Positions 1 to 12,631 of a DNA stretch of 64,000 nucleotides are shown here, piece after piece. Below the pieces are notes generated by a model that saw nothing but the letters and a program-made list of their open reading frames with translations, did no database searches and was not told the DNA's origin. The translations under genes and the position numbers were made by a program. Source of the stretch: Tubulanus polymorphus (taxonomy: Eukaryota > Animalia > Nemertea); assembly GCF_964204645.1 (NCBI RefSeq), contig NC_134030.1, positions 1,037,355 to 1,101,354 on the forward strand, given 5' to 3'. Every line of letters starts with the position of its first letter. Position 1 is the first letter of the stretch.

Positions 1-449
1 CGTATTGTTAAAATGAGGCAGTTTAACGTCGTACCACAGGACAAACAGATAAAAATCACTGATAAAATGTATGGATAAAACGTATTGTTAAAATGAGGCA
101 GTTTAACGTCGTACCACAGGACAAATAGATAAAAATCACTGATAAAATGTATGGATAAAACGTATTGTTAAAAAGAGGCAGTTTAACGTCGTACCACAGG
201 ACAAACAGATAAAAATCACTGATAAAATGTATGGATAAAACGTATTGTTAAAAAGAGGCAGTTTAACGTCATACCACAGGACAAACAGATAAAAATCACT
301 GATAAAATGTATGGATAAAACGTATTGTTAAAAAGAGGCAGTTTAACGTCATACCACAGGACAAACAGATAAAAATCACTGATAAAATGTATGGATAAAA
401 CGTATTGTTAAAAAGAGGCAGTTTAACGTCGTACCACAGGACAAACAGA
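1..449. repeat. 80-bp tandem repeat, ~5.6 copies (runs off the window start)
   Basis: Unit CGTATTGTTAAAA(T/A)GAGGCAG...ATGGATAAAA restarts at 1, 81, 161, 241, 321 and 401. Confidence 0.97.
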
Positions 450-648
450 GTGCAATAATCAATGATTTTAATCCAAATAAGATCTTTTTAGTTGTGACTG
501 TTTGAATTGAGAGGCGGCGATCTCGCTAGTGAGCCAAAAGACAGACACTTGAAATGAAAATAATATAAATAGTCAATTTCATTCGACATTTTTATTATGA
601 CGTTCATTAATTAAAAAATTAGCATGAAAGCAAAGAATTTATAATTAC

Positions 649-1094
649 AGGAGCATATGGGCTTGATGTTGAGGGACGCCCTTGTCCGCTGGGTGCCTTT
701 TTCGTGGCTTTTGATATCTAAAAAAATTAGTAATAATATTAAATAAATTGAAAATATATCATATATCGAGCGAGTCAAACAGTTCAGTACTTTCTAACAA
801 CTATTCTTAATCATGAATAAATTAGCATGGAAACAGTAAATTTGTACTAACAGTAGGATACGGGCTTGATGTTGAGGGCCCGCACCCCACGTTTTTTTCA
901 CTGCTTTCGGCATTATCTAGAAAAATAAGTAAAACTATAAAATCATTTGAAAATACATAATATATCAGATTGTGGTAATCATGGTAATCATGGTATGAAT
1001 AAATTAGCATGGACGCAGTAAATTTGTTCTAGCACCATTTGTACTGGACGTGAGGGTGCCCTCGCCCGCTGGGCGTTTTTGCAGCTTTAGGCAT
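649..1094 (-). pseudogene. Three orphan copies of coding exon 1 of the 334-aa gene family
   Basis: 717-649 reads AG|ISKATKKAPSGQGRPSTSSPYAP|GT with the ATG mutated to ATA. The copy at ~916-852 is frameshifted. The copy at ~1094-1030 reads MPKAAKTPSGRGHPHVQYKWC* and has lost its splice sites. Confidence 0.8.
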
Positions 1095-1199
1095 ATAGAA
1101 AAAGTAAAAACATTAAATCATTTGAAAATATATCTAGCCTCTCATACAGTTAAGTACTTTTACTTGCCTTATTCTTAAGCATGATATAAATGAATTATG

Positions 1200-1512
1200 C
1201 TGGGCGTGAGACAGAAACGGAAAGAAAACAGGCCGGCCCAATTCCCGGCCACCTTCATACCGAATGTTGAGTCAAAAAGGTGCTTTGGGCTTTAAAGAAT
1301 TGAAGACACTATTGTAAGCCGAAATAATTGTGGAATTGGACTAAAATTAAATCAAAAAATATGTGGTACATGTTATAGTTGATTTTTTTTCAGTGAAGGC
1401 ATATTAGGCGCACATGAACGACTCATGCGTTCAAGGCATATCCCTTCACTTATGAATATTTTTAAGATCAGTTAATAAATCCGGAATTGTCCCCGAACGA
1501 AGCCGCTCCTCC
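1200..1512 (-). pseudogene. Fragment of the last exon (C-terminus EERLVRGQFRIY, frameshifted) plus 3' flank of the 334-aa gene
   Basis: The reverse complement matches ~40213-40530. Confidence 0.8.
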
Positions 1513-1671
1513 AATAGGAATCTCCCAGAGGCAATTTAATTGATGGGCACATTTTCAAAATTTGTTTTGGTTAGCGGGCCCCCGACACAGAGTTATGAAA
1601 ACTGGTCACAACTTTTAACTACATACAAAAAAATTGAATGCATTGAAATTGTATTTGGAGACTGAACTTAC

Positions 1672-1712
1672 TTGGTGCTTGAAAGTCGGGAGGCGTCTCT
1701 GGAGGGGTGCTA

Positions 1713-1743
<31 letters not shown>

Positions 1744-1830
1744 TGTTGTTGTTATTTGACAGATTAGAAACAGGCGTCTCCGGAGGGGTGCGCTGCTGCT
1801 GCTGCTGCTGCTGCTGTTGTGATTCACCGA
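1672..1830 (-). pseudogene. Orphan exon-5 paralogue (polyQ/polyS, PPETP twice)
   Basis: TTTACAG acceptor and GTAAGT donor; encodes GESQ9RTPPETPVSNLSNNNNSNS10TPPETPPDFQAP. The flanks are homologous to 27240-27745 in inverted orientation. Confidence 0.8.
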
Positions 1831-2492
1831 CTGTAAATGGAAATAATATAAAAATAAATGCAACAGAAAATGAACACAACAGGCACTTATTACACGGTAG
1901 TTCAGTAGAATGAAGGGGTCTGGGTAGAAAAACGTGTATTCTAAGATTATCAGTATATTTTTCTGTGAGGAATTTCATAAAAACCGGCACGTACGAGGGA
2001 AGTGAGGCATGTGAGATTGAGGGCGTCACTGATACTTACATTTAGCAGCGGTGACCTTCGCTGCGAGGCAAACTGACGCTAGAAATGAAAATAATATAAA
2101 TACATTAGTCAAATTCATTAACGTTGCTAAGTTCAAGTTGCTGGTTTTTTAAACAATTTTAATAAGAAAAAAATATTCAGGTATAGCTAGCACTATATCA
2201 GGAACGTAGCTTGAGGCGGTTCGGGGGGGTTCGAAAATTCAGTTCCTCGCAAAGAAAAATTAAAAACAGAAATGTTAAACTTACAAATATTGAAATTTGT
2301 TCATTTAATCAAAACCTTCGTTATATCAATAGAAATCTCCCAGAGGCAATTTAATTGATGGGCACATTTTCAAAATTTGTTTTGGTTAGCGGCCCCCGAC
2401 ACAGAGTTATGAAAACTGGTCACAACTTTAACCGTTTTAGCTCCATACAAAAAATTGAATGCGTTGAAATTGTATTTGAAGACTGAACTTAC

Positions 2493-2797
2493 TTCGCGCT
2501 TGGAAGTCAGGAGGCGTCTCTGGCGGAAGGGATGCGCTTCTGCTGCTGCTGTTGTTGTTATCCGAATTCAGAGGTGGCGATCGGCCTGGCGACCCAAAGT
2601 AGAGACGCTAGAAATTAAAAAATAATATAAATATATTAGTCAATTTTATTAAAGTTTAAATTTTCAACATTTTTATTGTAACGTTCATTAGTTAATAAAT
2701 TAGCATGAAGCGATGAATTTGTACTCACAGGTGCATATGGACTTGATGTAGAGGGACCCCCTTGTCCGCTGGGTGCCTTTTTGGTGGCTTTTGACAT
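2493..2797 (-). pseudogene. Intact exon-1 variant (2797-2729) and partial exon 5 (2561-2493)
   Basis: AG|MSKATKKAPSGQGGPSTSSPYAP|GTGAGT and NNNSSSRSASLPPETPPDFQAR|GTAAGT. Confidence 0.8.
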
Positions 2798-2829
2798 CTA
2801 AAAACATTAGTTATAATATTAAATAATAT

Positions 2830-3198
2830 GAAAATATATAATATATCGAGCCAGTCAAACAGTTCAGTACTTTCTAACAACTATTCTTAATCATGAATAA
2901 ATTGAAAATATATCATATATCAACCAGTCAAACAGTTCAGTACTTTCTAACAACTATTCTTAATCATGAATAAATTGAAAATATATCATATATCGAGCCA
3001 GTCAAACAGTTCAGTACTTTCTAACAACTATTCTTAATCATGAATAAATTGAAAATATATCATATATCAACCAGTCAAACAGTTCAGTACTTTCTAACAA
3101 CTATTCTTAATCATGAATAAATTGAAAATATATCATATATCGAGCCAGTCAAACAGTTCAGTACTTTCTTACAACTATTCTTAATCATGAATAAATTA
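2830..3198. repeat. 73/74-bp tandem repeat, ~5 copies, derived from the intron sequence flanking exon 1
   Basis: ATTGAAAATATATC restarts at 2901, 2974, 3048 and 3121; a single copy of the same sequence occurs at ~748-822. Confidence 0.92.
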
Positions 3199-3923
3199 GC
3201 ATGGAAACAGTAAATTTGTACTAACAGTAGGATACGGGCTTGATGTTGAGGGCCCGCACCCCACGTTTTTTTCACTGCTTTCGGCATTATCTAGAAAAAT
3301 AAGTAAAACTATAAAATCATTTGAAAATAAATTATATATCAGATTGTCAAACGGTTCAATACTTTCTTAATCATGGTATGAATAAATTAGCATGGACGCA
3401 GTAAATTTGTACTAGCACCATCGTTTGTACTGAGGGTGCCCTCGCTCATTGAAATTCCCTTTTGTTTACCATGAGGTAACATTTCAGATGGAGCCACTTT
3501 GACTATAATAAACGGTTGTAGTTCTACAGTTCACTGCTTCAGGTTTTCTATTGCAATATGTCACTATTGAACAAGAAACAAGAAATCAATCGAAGTTTGT
3601 CCGAACTGGTTTTTCAGTTTTTCTCCACTCGTCTATAACGGGCTATCAATCAATATGGTCGAATGTGCAGAATGTTCCAGCTGATAAAAACTGGGTTCCA
3701 AAATAATCAGCCCTTTGCATGTGATGATGCGAACGATCTGCCTGGGTGCACCCTGGTATAGATTTGACGATGCAGTAATGTATGACGGACATTACCTGTC
3801 AGTAGCAGAAGCAGGGTTTAATATTCTATAATATAAATTTCGGTTTCAAGCTCAAGAATGATGACTTCAAACAGGCGTTTACGATAACTTACGTCAATTC
3901 CGGACATCGAAATATTAAACCGT

Positions 3924-3954
<31 letters not shown>

Positions 3955-4156
3955 CGGTTCTTTTTGCATACGGGCTTGATGTACTTGGACCCGCGCCCTG
4001 TGTTTTTTTTCATTGCTTTAGGCATAATCTAGAAAAACAAGTAAAAATATTAAATCGATTTAGGCGTTAATCCTTTTTGTGAAACTGGACCCAAGGGTAT
4101 AAAATACTAAGTAAGGGATGAATAAATAAGCATGGAAGCAGTAAATTTGTACTTAC

Positions 4157-4219
4157 TTTATTATAGGGGCTTGAATGTGAGGGGCCCGCGCCCCGTGTTT
4201 TTTTTACAGCTTTTGGCAT
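4157..4219 (-). pseudogene. In-frame exon-1 copy MPKAVKKTRGAGPSHSSPYNK
   Basis: TTTCTAG|ATA ATG ... AAT AAA|GTAAGT. Other in-frame copies: 7662-7600, 10342-10280 and 13965-13903. Confidence 0.85.
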
Positions 4220-4291
4220 TATCTAGAAAAACAAGTAAAAATATTAAATCGTTTGAAAATATATCAGTCAGTCTTATTCTGGTTCAGTGAA

Positions 4292-5186
4292 ATAATTCTT
4301 TATATGGTGCATGTAGGGGTCCAGGGACACCACATCCACTAATTCTCTATATGATGCATGTAGGGGTCCAGGGACACCACATCCACTAATTCTCTATATG
4401 GTGCATGTAGGGGTCCAGGGACACCACATCCACTAATTCTCTATATGGTGCATGTAGGGGTCCAGGGACACCACATCCACTAATTCTCTATATGGTGCAT
4501 GTAGGGGTCCAGGGACACCACATCCACTAATTCTCTATATGATGCATGTAGGGGTCCAGGGACACCACATCCACTAATTCTCTATATGGTGCATGTAGGG
4601 GTCCAGGGACACCACATCCACTAATTCTTTATATGGTGCATGTAGGGGTCCAGGGACACCACATCCACTAATTCTCTATATGGTGCATGTAGGGGTCCAG
4701 GGACACGACATCCACTAATTCTCTATATGGTGCATGTAGGGGTCCAGGGACACCACATCCACTAATTCTCTATATGATGCATGTAGGGGTCCAGGGACAC
4801 CACATCCACTAATTCTCTATATGGTGCATGTAGGGGTCCAGGGACACCACATCCACTAATTCTCTATATGGTGCATGTAGGGGTCCAGGGACACCACATC
4901 CACTAATTCTCTATATGGTGCATGTAGGGGTCCAGGGACACCACATCCACTAATTCTCTATATGGTGCATGTAGGGGTCCAGGGACACCACATCCACTAA
5001 TTCTCTATATGGTGCATGTAGGGGTCCAGGGACACCACATCCACTAATTCTCTATATGGTGCATGTAGGGGTCCAGGGACACCACATCCACTAATTCTCT
5101 ATATGGTGCATGTAGGGGTCCAGGGACACCACATCCACTAATTCTCTATATGGTGCATGTAGGGGTCCAGGGACACCACATCCACT
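4292..5186 (+). repeat. 47-bp satellite, ~19 copies
   Basis: Unit CTAATTCTCTATATGGTGCATGTAGGGGTCCAGGGACACCACATCCA; period 47 (4386 to 4433). Confidence 0.97.
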
Positions 5187-5378
5187 TAGTTGTTGGGCCC
5201 GGGCGCTTTCACCCTTCTTGCTGAAAATCAACTGATATCCTGAATTCTGACTAATTACAGATTGAAAACTGTAATTCACAAGTGCATAATCAATTATTTC
5301 AATCCAAATAAGATTTTCTTAGCTACAGTTTAAATCATCTTAGTTTAATGAAATATGAAAACAAATAAAGATTCTTAC

Positions 5379-5608
5379 CTCCGTCAGATCTCCTTCAAAC
5401 AGCCGTCCCCGGACTCTGTCTGACGAACGAGTGGCGGCCGGGGGCGGCTGTCTGACAGGCCGCTGCTGAGGCGAATTTAATGGACGTGGGGGAGGGGCAG
5501 CAGCGGGCGACATAGGATTAACCGGTGGTGGTATCCTATCGGGAACCAAGTTTCTTTTGAATTCCCCCACCAAGTCCCCAAACGGACATTCTTCTAAAAT
5601 GTTCATCA
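5379..5608 (-). pseudogene. Orphan exon-7 copy, in frame and nearly identical to 38536-38765
   Basis: TTTACAG acceptor, GAG|GTAAGA donor, 230 nt, MNILEECPFGDLV...RGRLFEGDLTE. Confidence 0.88.
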
Positions 5609-7359
5609 CTGTAAAATAAAAATAGAGAGAAATACATTAAACAACAAGTCGAATGGTTTTGATGCTACGGCTATGAATATTATTCCAACAGGGGGCGCCT
5701 GATGTTACTGAAGTATGATTTCAATGTAACTTCAGTAATTAAAATTATTTTTATTCAGCAGTTAAATTGTACAATTATTCGTTATCTATGATTTCCTGAT
5801 GAGATTTACTGTTTGAGCATCCAGAGATTCCAAACTTTGTCGTTTAACCAATAATTGGTTTAACGATATCACACGGCACCTGCTGAACTCTTTGTTACGT
5901 GTATCAGTCTTATATATGTATTTATTACTTATATTTGTGTAAGGATTGTGTGATGTGACAGTGAATAATTAGCATAATTAATGCAAACTGGATTTCGTCT
6001 ACGGACGGATGAAAAGTGAACGCAATAACTATAGTCCCAAGTGAGATAAAAAAAATTAATTAGTTTGAACTTGAAATAGATATCGCTGTCGTGCTGGATT
6101 GGTGAAAAAACCTGTAAAAATAAAATAAAACAAATTATTAGATGGATATTCATGGATGGAAATGACAACTGTAGAGATAGCATCATTGATATATAGCATC
6201 ATTGATATATTACTTCTACGATGATGATACTTAATTGAATTTGAATTTATTCCTAATTAGCGTAATTTATGCAAAACAGCTACTACCCTCTATTTTCAAA
6301 TTACAAATTGAAATAAGCGTGATTTATTAGAAAAAAGTTATCACTTACCGGCGTAGTAGGCGGTAAACTGGTGGCAGTGGCGGTAAACCGCTGGACGGCG
6401 TTGTCGGCAAAAACTGAAAATACAATCGAAGACAATGTTAAAATCCTGATCTGATTTGTATAGTGTAAGTGAATGGTTTTGGGGTTCGGACTGTCTGCCC
6501 ACACGAGAACACCCGACCCTCGCGCTACTGCTGCATATGACTGCTCGGTGCGTCTGAGGAGCCTTGATGGACACTTACCGGCGTAGTAGGCGATAAACCG
6601 GTGTCGAAACCCCGCTGGGCGGCGTTTTTGGCAAAAACTGAAAATACAATCAAAGACAATGTTAAAAACCTGATCTGATTTGTATAGTGTAAGTGAATGG
6701 TTTTGGGGTTCGGACCGTCTGCCCACACGAGAACACCCGACCCTCGCGCTACTGCTGCATTTGACTGCTCGGTGCGTCTGAGGAGCCTTGATGGACAGAA
6801 CACACCATTGATGGAATAATGGTCAATTCAGTCTAACCTCGTTAAAACTCTGTAAATGTGAGTTAAACTCATTGAAATTCCCTTTTGTTTACCATGAGGT
6901 AACATTTCAGATGGAGCCACTTTGACTATAATAAACGGTTGTAGTTCTACTGTTCACTGCTTCAGGTTTTCTATTGCAATATGTCACTATTGAACAAGAA
7001 ACAAGAAATCAATCGAAGTTTGTCCGAACTGGTTTTTCAGTTTTTCTCCACTCGTCTATAACGGGCTATCAATCAATATGGTCGAATGTGCAGAATGTTC
7101 CAGCTGATAAAAACTGGGTTCCAAAATAATCAGCCCTTTGCATGTGATGATGCGAACGATCTGCCTGGGTGCACCCTGGTATAGATTTGACGATGCAGTA
7201 ATGTATGACGGACATTACCTGTCAGTAGCAGAAGCAGGGTTTAATATTCTATATATATATATATATATAAATTTCGGTTTCAAGCTCAAGAATGATGACT
7301 TCAAACAGGCGTTTACGATAACTTACGTCAATTCCGGACATCCAAATATTAAACCGTCG

Positions 7360-7397
<38 letters not shown>

Positions 7398-7734
7398 CGG
7401 TTCTTTTTGCATACGGGCTTGATGTACTTGGACCCGCGCCCTGTGTTTTTTTTCATTGCTTTAGGCATAATCTAGAAAAACAAGTAAAAATATTAAATCG
7501 CTTTAGGCGTTAATCCTTTTTGTGAAACTGGACCCAGGGGTACAAAATACTAAGTATGGGATGAATAAATAAGCATGGAAGCAGTAAATTTGTACTTACT
7601 TTATTATAGGGGCTTGAGGTTGAGGGCCCCGCGCCCCGTGTTTTTTTTGTTGCTTTTGGCATTATCTAGAAAAACAAGTAAAAGTATTAAATCATTTGAA
7701 AATATATCAGTCGGTCTTATTCTGGTTCAGTGAA

Positions 7735-7876
7735 CTAATTCTTTATATGGTGCATGTAGGGGTCCAGGGACACCACATCCACTAATTCTCTATATGGTGC
7801 ATGTAGGGGTCCAGGAACACCACATCCACTAATTCTCTATATGGTGCATGTAGGGGTCCAGGGACACCACATCCAC
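7735..7876 (+). repeat. 47-bp satellite, 3 copies
   Basis: Same unit as 4292-5186. Confidence 0.95.
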
Positions 7877-8069
7877 TTAGTTGTTGGGCCCGGGCGCTTT
7901 CACCCTTCTTGCTGAAAATCAACTGATATCCTGAATTCTGACTAATTACAGATTGAAAACTGTAATTCACAAGTGCATAATCAATTATTTCAATCCAAAT
8001 AAGATTTTCTTAGCTACAGTTTAAATCATCTTAGTTTAATGAAATATGAAAACAAATAAAGATTCTTAC

Positions 8070-8285
8070 CTCCGTCAGATCTCCTTCAAACACCCGCCCA
8101 CGGACTCTTTCTGACCATCTTTTGGCACCCGGGGGCGGCTGGCTGAGGCGAATTTATTGGGCGTGGGGGAGGGGCAGCAGCGGGCGACAAAGGATTAAGC
8201 GGTGGTGGTATCCTATCGGGAACCAAGTTTCTTTTAAACTCCCTCACCAAGTCCCCAAATGGGCAGTCGTCTAAAATGTTGATCA
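8070..8285 (-). pseudogene. Divergent exon-7 copy with a 14-nt frameshifting deletion (a second such copy at 10750-10965)
   Basis: Same splice sites as 5379-5608 but 216 nt long, with 23 substitutions counted by eye. Confidence 0.88.
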
Positions 8286-10036
8286 CTGTAAAATAAAAAT
8301 AGAGAGAAATACATTAAACAACAAGTCGAATGGTTTTGATGCTACGGCTATGAATATTATTCCAACAGGGGGCGCCTGATGTTACTGAAGTATGATTTCA
8401 ATGTAACTTCAGTAATTGAAATTATTTTTATTCAGCAGTTAAATTGTACAATTATTCGTTATCTATGATTTCCTGATGAGATTTACTGTTTGAGCATCCA
8501 GAGATTCCAAACTTTGTCGTTTAACCAATAATTGGTTTAACGATATCACACGGCACCTGCTGAACTCTTTGTTACGTGTATCAGTCTTATATATGTATTT
8601 ATTACTTATATTTGTGTAAGGATTGTGTGACGTGACAGTGAATAATTAGCATAATTAATGCAAACTGGATTTCGTCTACGGACGGATGAAAAGTGAACGC
8701 AATAACTATAGTCCCAAGTGAGATAAAAAAAATTAATTAGTTTGAACTTGAAATAGATATCGCTGTCGTGCTGGATTGGTGAAAAAACCTGTAAAAATAA
8801 AATAAAACAAATTATTAGATGGATATTCATGGATGGAAATGACAACTGTAGAGATAGCATCATTGATATATAGCATCATTGATATATTACTTCTACGATG
8901 ATGATACTTAATTGAATTTGAATTTATTCCTAATTAGCGTAATTTATGCAAAACAGCTACTACCCTCTATTTTCAAATTACAAATTGAAATAAGCGTGAT
9001 TTATTAGAAAAAAGTTATCACTTACCGGCGTAGTAGGCGGTAAACTGGTGGCAGTGGCGGTAAACCGCTGGACGGCGTTGTCGGCAAAAACTGAAAATAC
9101 AATCGAAGACAATGTTAAAATCCTGATCTGATTTGTATAGTGTAAGTGAATGGTTTTGGGGTTCGGACTGTCTGCCCACACGAGAACACCCGACCCTCGC
9201 GCTACTGCTGCATATGACTGCTCGGTGCGTCTGAGGAGCCTTGATGGACACTTACCGGCGTAGTAGGCGATAAACCGGTGTCGAAACCCCGCTGGGCGGC
9301 GTTTTTGGCAAAAACTGAAAATACAATCAAAGACAATGTTAAAAACCTGATCTGATTTGTATAGTGTAAGTGAATGGTTTTGGGGTTCGGACCGTCTGCC
9401 CACACGAGAACACCCGACCCTCGCGCTACTGCTGCATTTGACTGCTCGGTGCGTCTGAGGAGCCTTGATGGACAGAACACACCATTGATGGAATAATGGT
9501 CAATTCAGTCTAACCTCGTTAAAACTCTGTAAATGTGAGTTAAACTCATTGAAATTCCCTTTTGTTTACCATGAGGTAACATTTCAGATGGAGCCACTTT
9601 GACTATAATAAACGGTTGTAGTTCTACTGTTCACTGCTTCAGGTTTTCTATTGCAATATGTCACTATTGAACAAGAAACAAGAAATCAATCGAAGTTTGT
9701 CCGAACTGGTTTTTCAGTTTTTCTCCACTCGTCTATAACGGGCTATCAATCAATATGGTCGAATGTGCAGAATGTTCCAGCTGATAAAAACTGGGTTCCA
9801 AAATAATCAGCCCTTTGCATGTGATGATGCGAACGATCTGCCTGGGTGCACCCTGGTATAGATTTGACGATGCAGTAATGTATGACGGACATTACCTGTC
9901 AGTAGCAGAAGCAGGGTTTAATATTCTATATATATATATATATATAAATTTCGGTTTCAAGCTCAAGAATGATGACTTCAAACAGGCGTTTACGATAACT
10001 TACGTCAATTCCGGACATCCAAATATTAAACCGTCG

Positions 10037-10077
<41 letters not shown>

Positions 10078-10414
10078 CGGTTCTTTTTGCATACGGGCTT
10101 GATGTACTTGGACCCGCGCCCTGTGTTTTTTTTCATTGCTTTAGGCATAATCTAGAAAAACAAGTAAAAATATTAAATCGCTTTAGGCGTTAATCCTTTT
10201 TGTGAAACTGGACCCAGGGGTACAAAATACTAAGTATGGGATGAATAAATAAGCATGGAAGCAGTAAATTTGTACTTACTTTATTATAGGGGCTTGAGGT
10301 TGAGGGCCCCGCGCCCCGTGTTTTTTTTGTTGCTTTTGGCATTATCTAGAAAAACAAGTAAAAGTATTAAATCATTTGAAAATATATCAGTCGGTCTTAT
10401 TCTGGTTCAGTGAA

Positions 10415-10556
10415 CTAATTCTTTATATGGTGCATGTAGGGGTCCAGGGACACCACATCCACTAATTCTCTATATGGTGCATGTAGGGGTCCAGGAACAC
10501 CACATCCACTAATTCTCTATATGGTGCATGTAGGGGTCCAGGGACACCACATCCAC
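10415..10556 (+). repeat. 47-bp satellite, 3 copies
   Basis: Same unit as 4292-5186. Confidence 0.95.
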
Positions 10557-11285
10557 TTAGTTGTTGGGCCCGGGCGCTTTCACCCTTCTTGCTGAAAATC
10601 AACTGATATCCTGAATTCTGACTAATTACAGATTGAAAACTGTAATTCACAAGTGCATAATCAATGATTTCAATCCAAATAAGATTTTCTTAGCTACAGT
10701 TTAAATCATCTTAGTTTAATGAAATATGAAAACAAATAAAGATTCTTACCTCCGTCAGATCTCCTTCAAACACCCGCCCACGGACTCTTTCTGACCATCT
10801 TTTGGCACCCGGGGGCGGCTGGCTGAGGCGAATTTATTGGGCGTGGGGGAGGGGCAGCAGCGGGCGACAAAGGATTAAGCGGTGGTGGTATCCTATCGGG
10901 AACCAAGTTTCTTTTAAACTCCCTCACCAAGTCCCCAAATGGGCAGTTGTCTAAAATGTTGATCACTGTAAAATAAAAATAGAGAGAAATACATTAAACA
11001 ACAAGTCGAATGGTTTTGATGCTACGGCTATGAATATTATTCCAACAGGGGGCGCCTGATGTTACTGAAGTATGATTTCAATGTAACTTCAGTAATTGAA
11101 ATTATTTTTATTCAGCAGTTAAATTGTACAATTATTCGTTATCTATGATTTCCTGATGAGATTTACTGTTTGAGCATCCAGAGATTCCAAACTTTGTCGT
11201 CTAACCAATAATTGGTTTAACGATATCACACGGCACCTGCTGAACTCTTTGTTACGTGTATCAGTCTTATATATGTATTTATTAC

Positions 11286-12446
11286 TTATATTTGTGTAAG
11301 GATTGTGTGATGTGACAGTGAATAATTAGCATAATTAATGCAAACTGGATTTCGTCTAGGGACGGATGAAAAGTGAACGCAATAACTATAGTCCCAAGTG
11401 AGATTAAAAAAATTAATTAGTTTGAACTTGAAATAGATATAGCTGTCGTGCTGGATTGGTGAAAAAACCTGTAAAAATAAAATAAAACAAATTATTAGAT
11501 CGATATTCATGAATGGAAATGACAACTGTAGAGATAGCATCATTGATATATTACTTCTACGATGATGATACTTAATCGAATTTGAATTTATTCCTAATTA
11601 GCATAATTTATGCATAACAGCTACTACCCTCTATTTTCAAATTACAAATTGAAATAAGCGTGATTTATTAGAAAATAGTTATCACTTACCGGTGTAGAAG
11701 GCGGTACACCACTCGGTGGCGTTGTCGGCAAAAACTGAAAATACAATCAAAGACAATGTTAAAAACCTGATCTGATTTGTATAGTGTAAGTAAATGGTTT
11801 TGGGGTTCGGACCGTCTGCCCACACGAGAACACCCGACCCTCGCGCTACTGCTGCATATGACTGCTCGGTGCGTCTGAGGAGCCTTGATGGACAGAACAC
11901 ACCATTGATGGAATAATGGTTAATTCAGTCTAACCTTGTTAAAACTCTGTAAATGTGAGTTAAACTCATTGAAATTCCCTTTTGTTTACCATGAGGTAAC
12001 ATTTCAGATGGAGCCACTTTGACTATAATAAACGGTTGTAGTTCTACTGTTCACTGCTTCACGTTTTCTATTGCAATATGTCACTATTGAACAAGAAACA
12101 AGAAATCAATCGAAGTTTGTCCGAACTGGTTTTTCAGTTTTTCTCCACTCGTCTATAACGGGCTATCAATCAATATGGTCGAATGTGCAGAATGTTCCAG
12201 CTGATAAAAACTGGGTTCCAAAATAATCAGCCCTTTGCATGTGATGATGCGAACGATCTGCCTGGGTGCACCCTGGTATAGATTTGACGATGCAGTAATG
12301 TATGACGGACATTACCTGTCAGTAGCAGAAGCAGGGTTTAATATTCTATAATATAAATTTCGGTTTCAAGCTCAAGAATGATGACTTCAAACAGGCGTTT
12401 ACGATAACTTACGTAAATTCCGGACATTGAAATATCAAACAGTCGA

Positions 12447-12491
<45 letters not shown>

Positions 12492-12559
12492 GTTCTAGTA
12501 GCGTACGGGCTTGACGTTGAGGGCCCCGCGCCCCGGGTTTTTTTTGTCGCTTTTGGCAT
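11286..12559 (-). CDS. Possible truncated paralogue of 124 aa: join(12559..12413, 11734..11690, 11468..11286)
   Basis: Fused exon 1+2 (49 codons, GTAAGT donor), intact exon 3 (15 codons), then exon 4 without its donor reading on to a stop at 11286. All junctions are phase 0. It may be a pseudogene. Confidence 0.4.
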
Positions 12560-12631
12560 TATCTAGAAAAACAAGTAAAAATATTAAATCATTTGAAAAT
12601 ATATCAGTCAGTCTTATTCTGGTTCAGTGAA

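Noticed and set aside
4292-5186. CRISPR-like appearance of the 35-, 46-, 47- and 63-bp arrays
   Set aside because: The units are head-to-tail with no unique spacers, there are no cas genes, and the context is eukaryotic.
7138-7422. Poly-Leu, poly-Cys and poly-Ala ORFs (also 1707, 9815, 27508)
   Set aside because: They are antisense or off-frame readings of the CAA/CAG/AGC tracts of exons 2 and 5.
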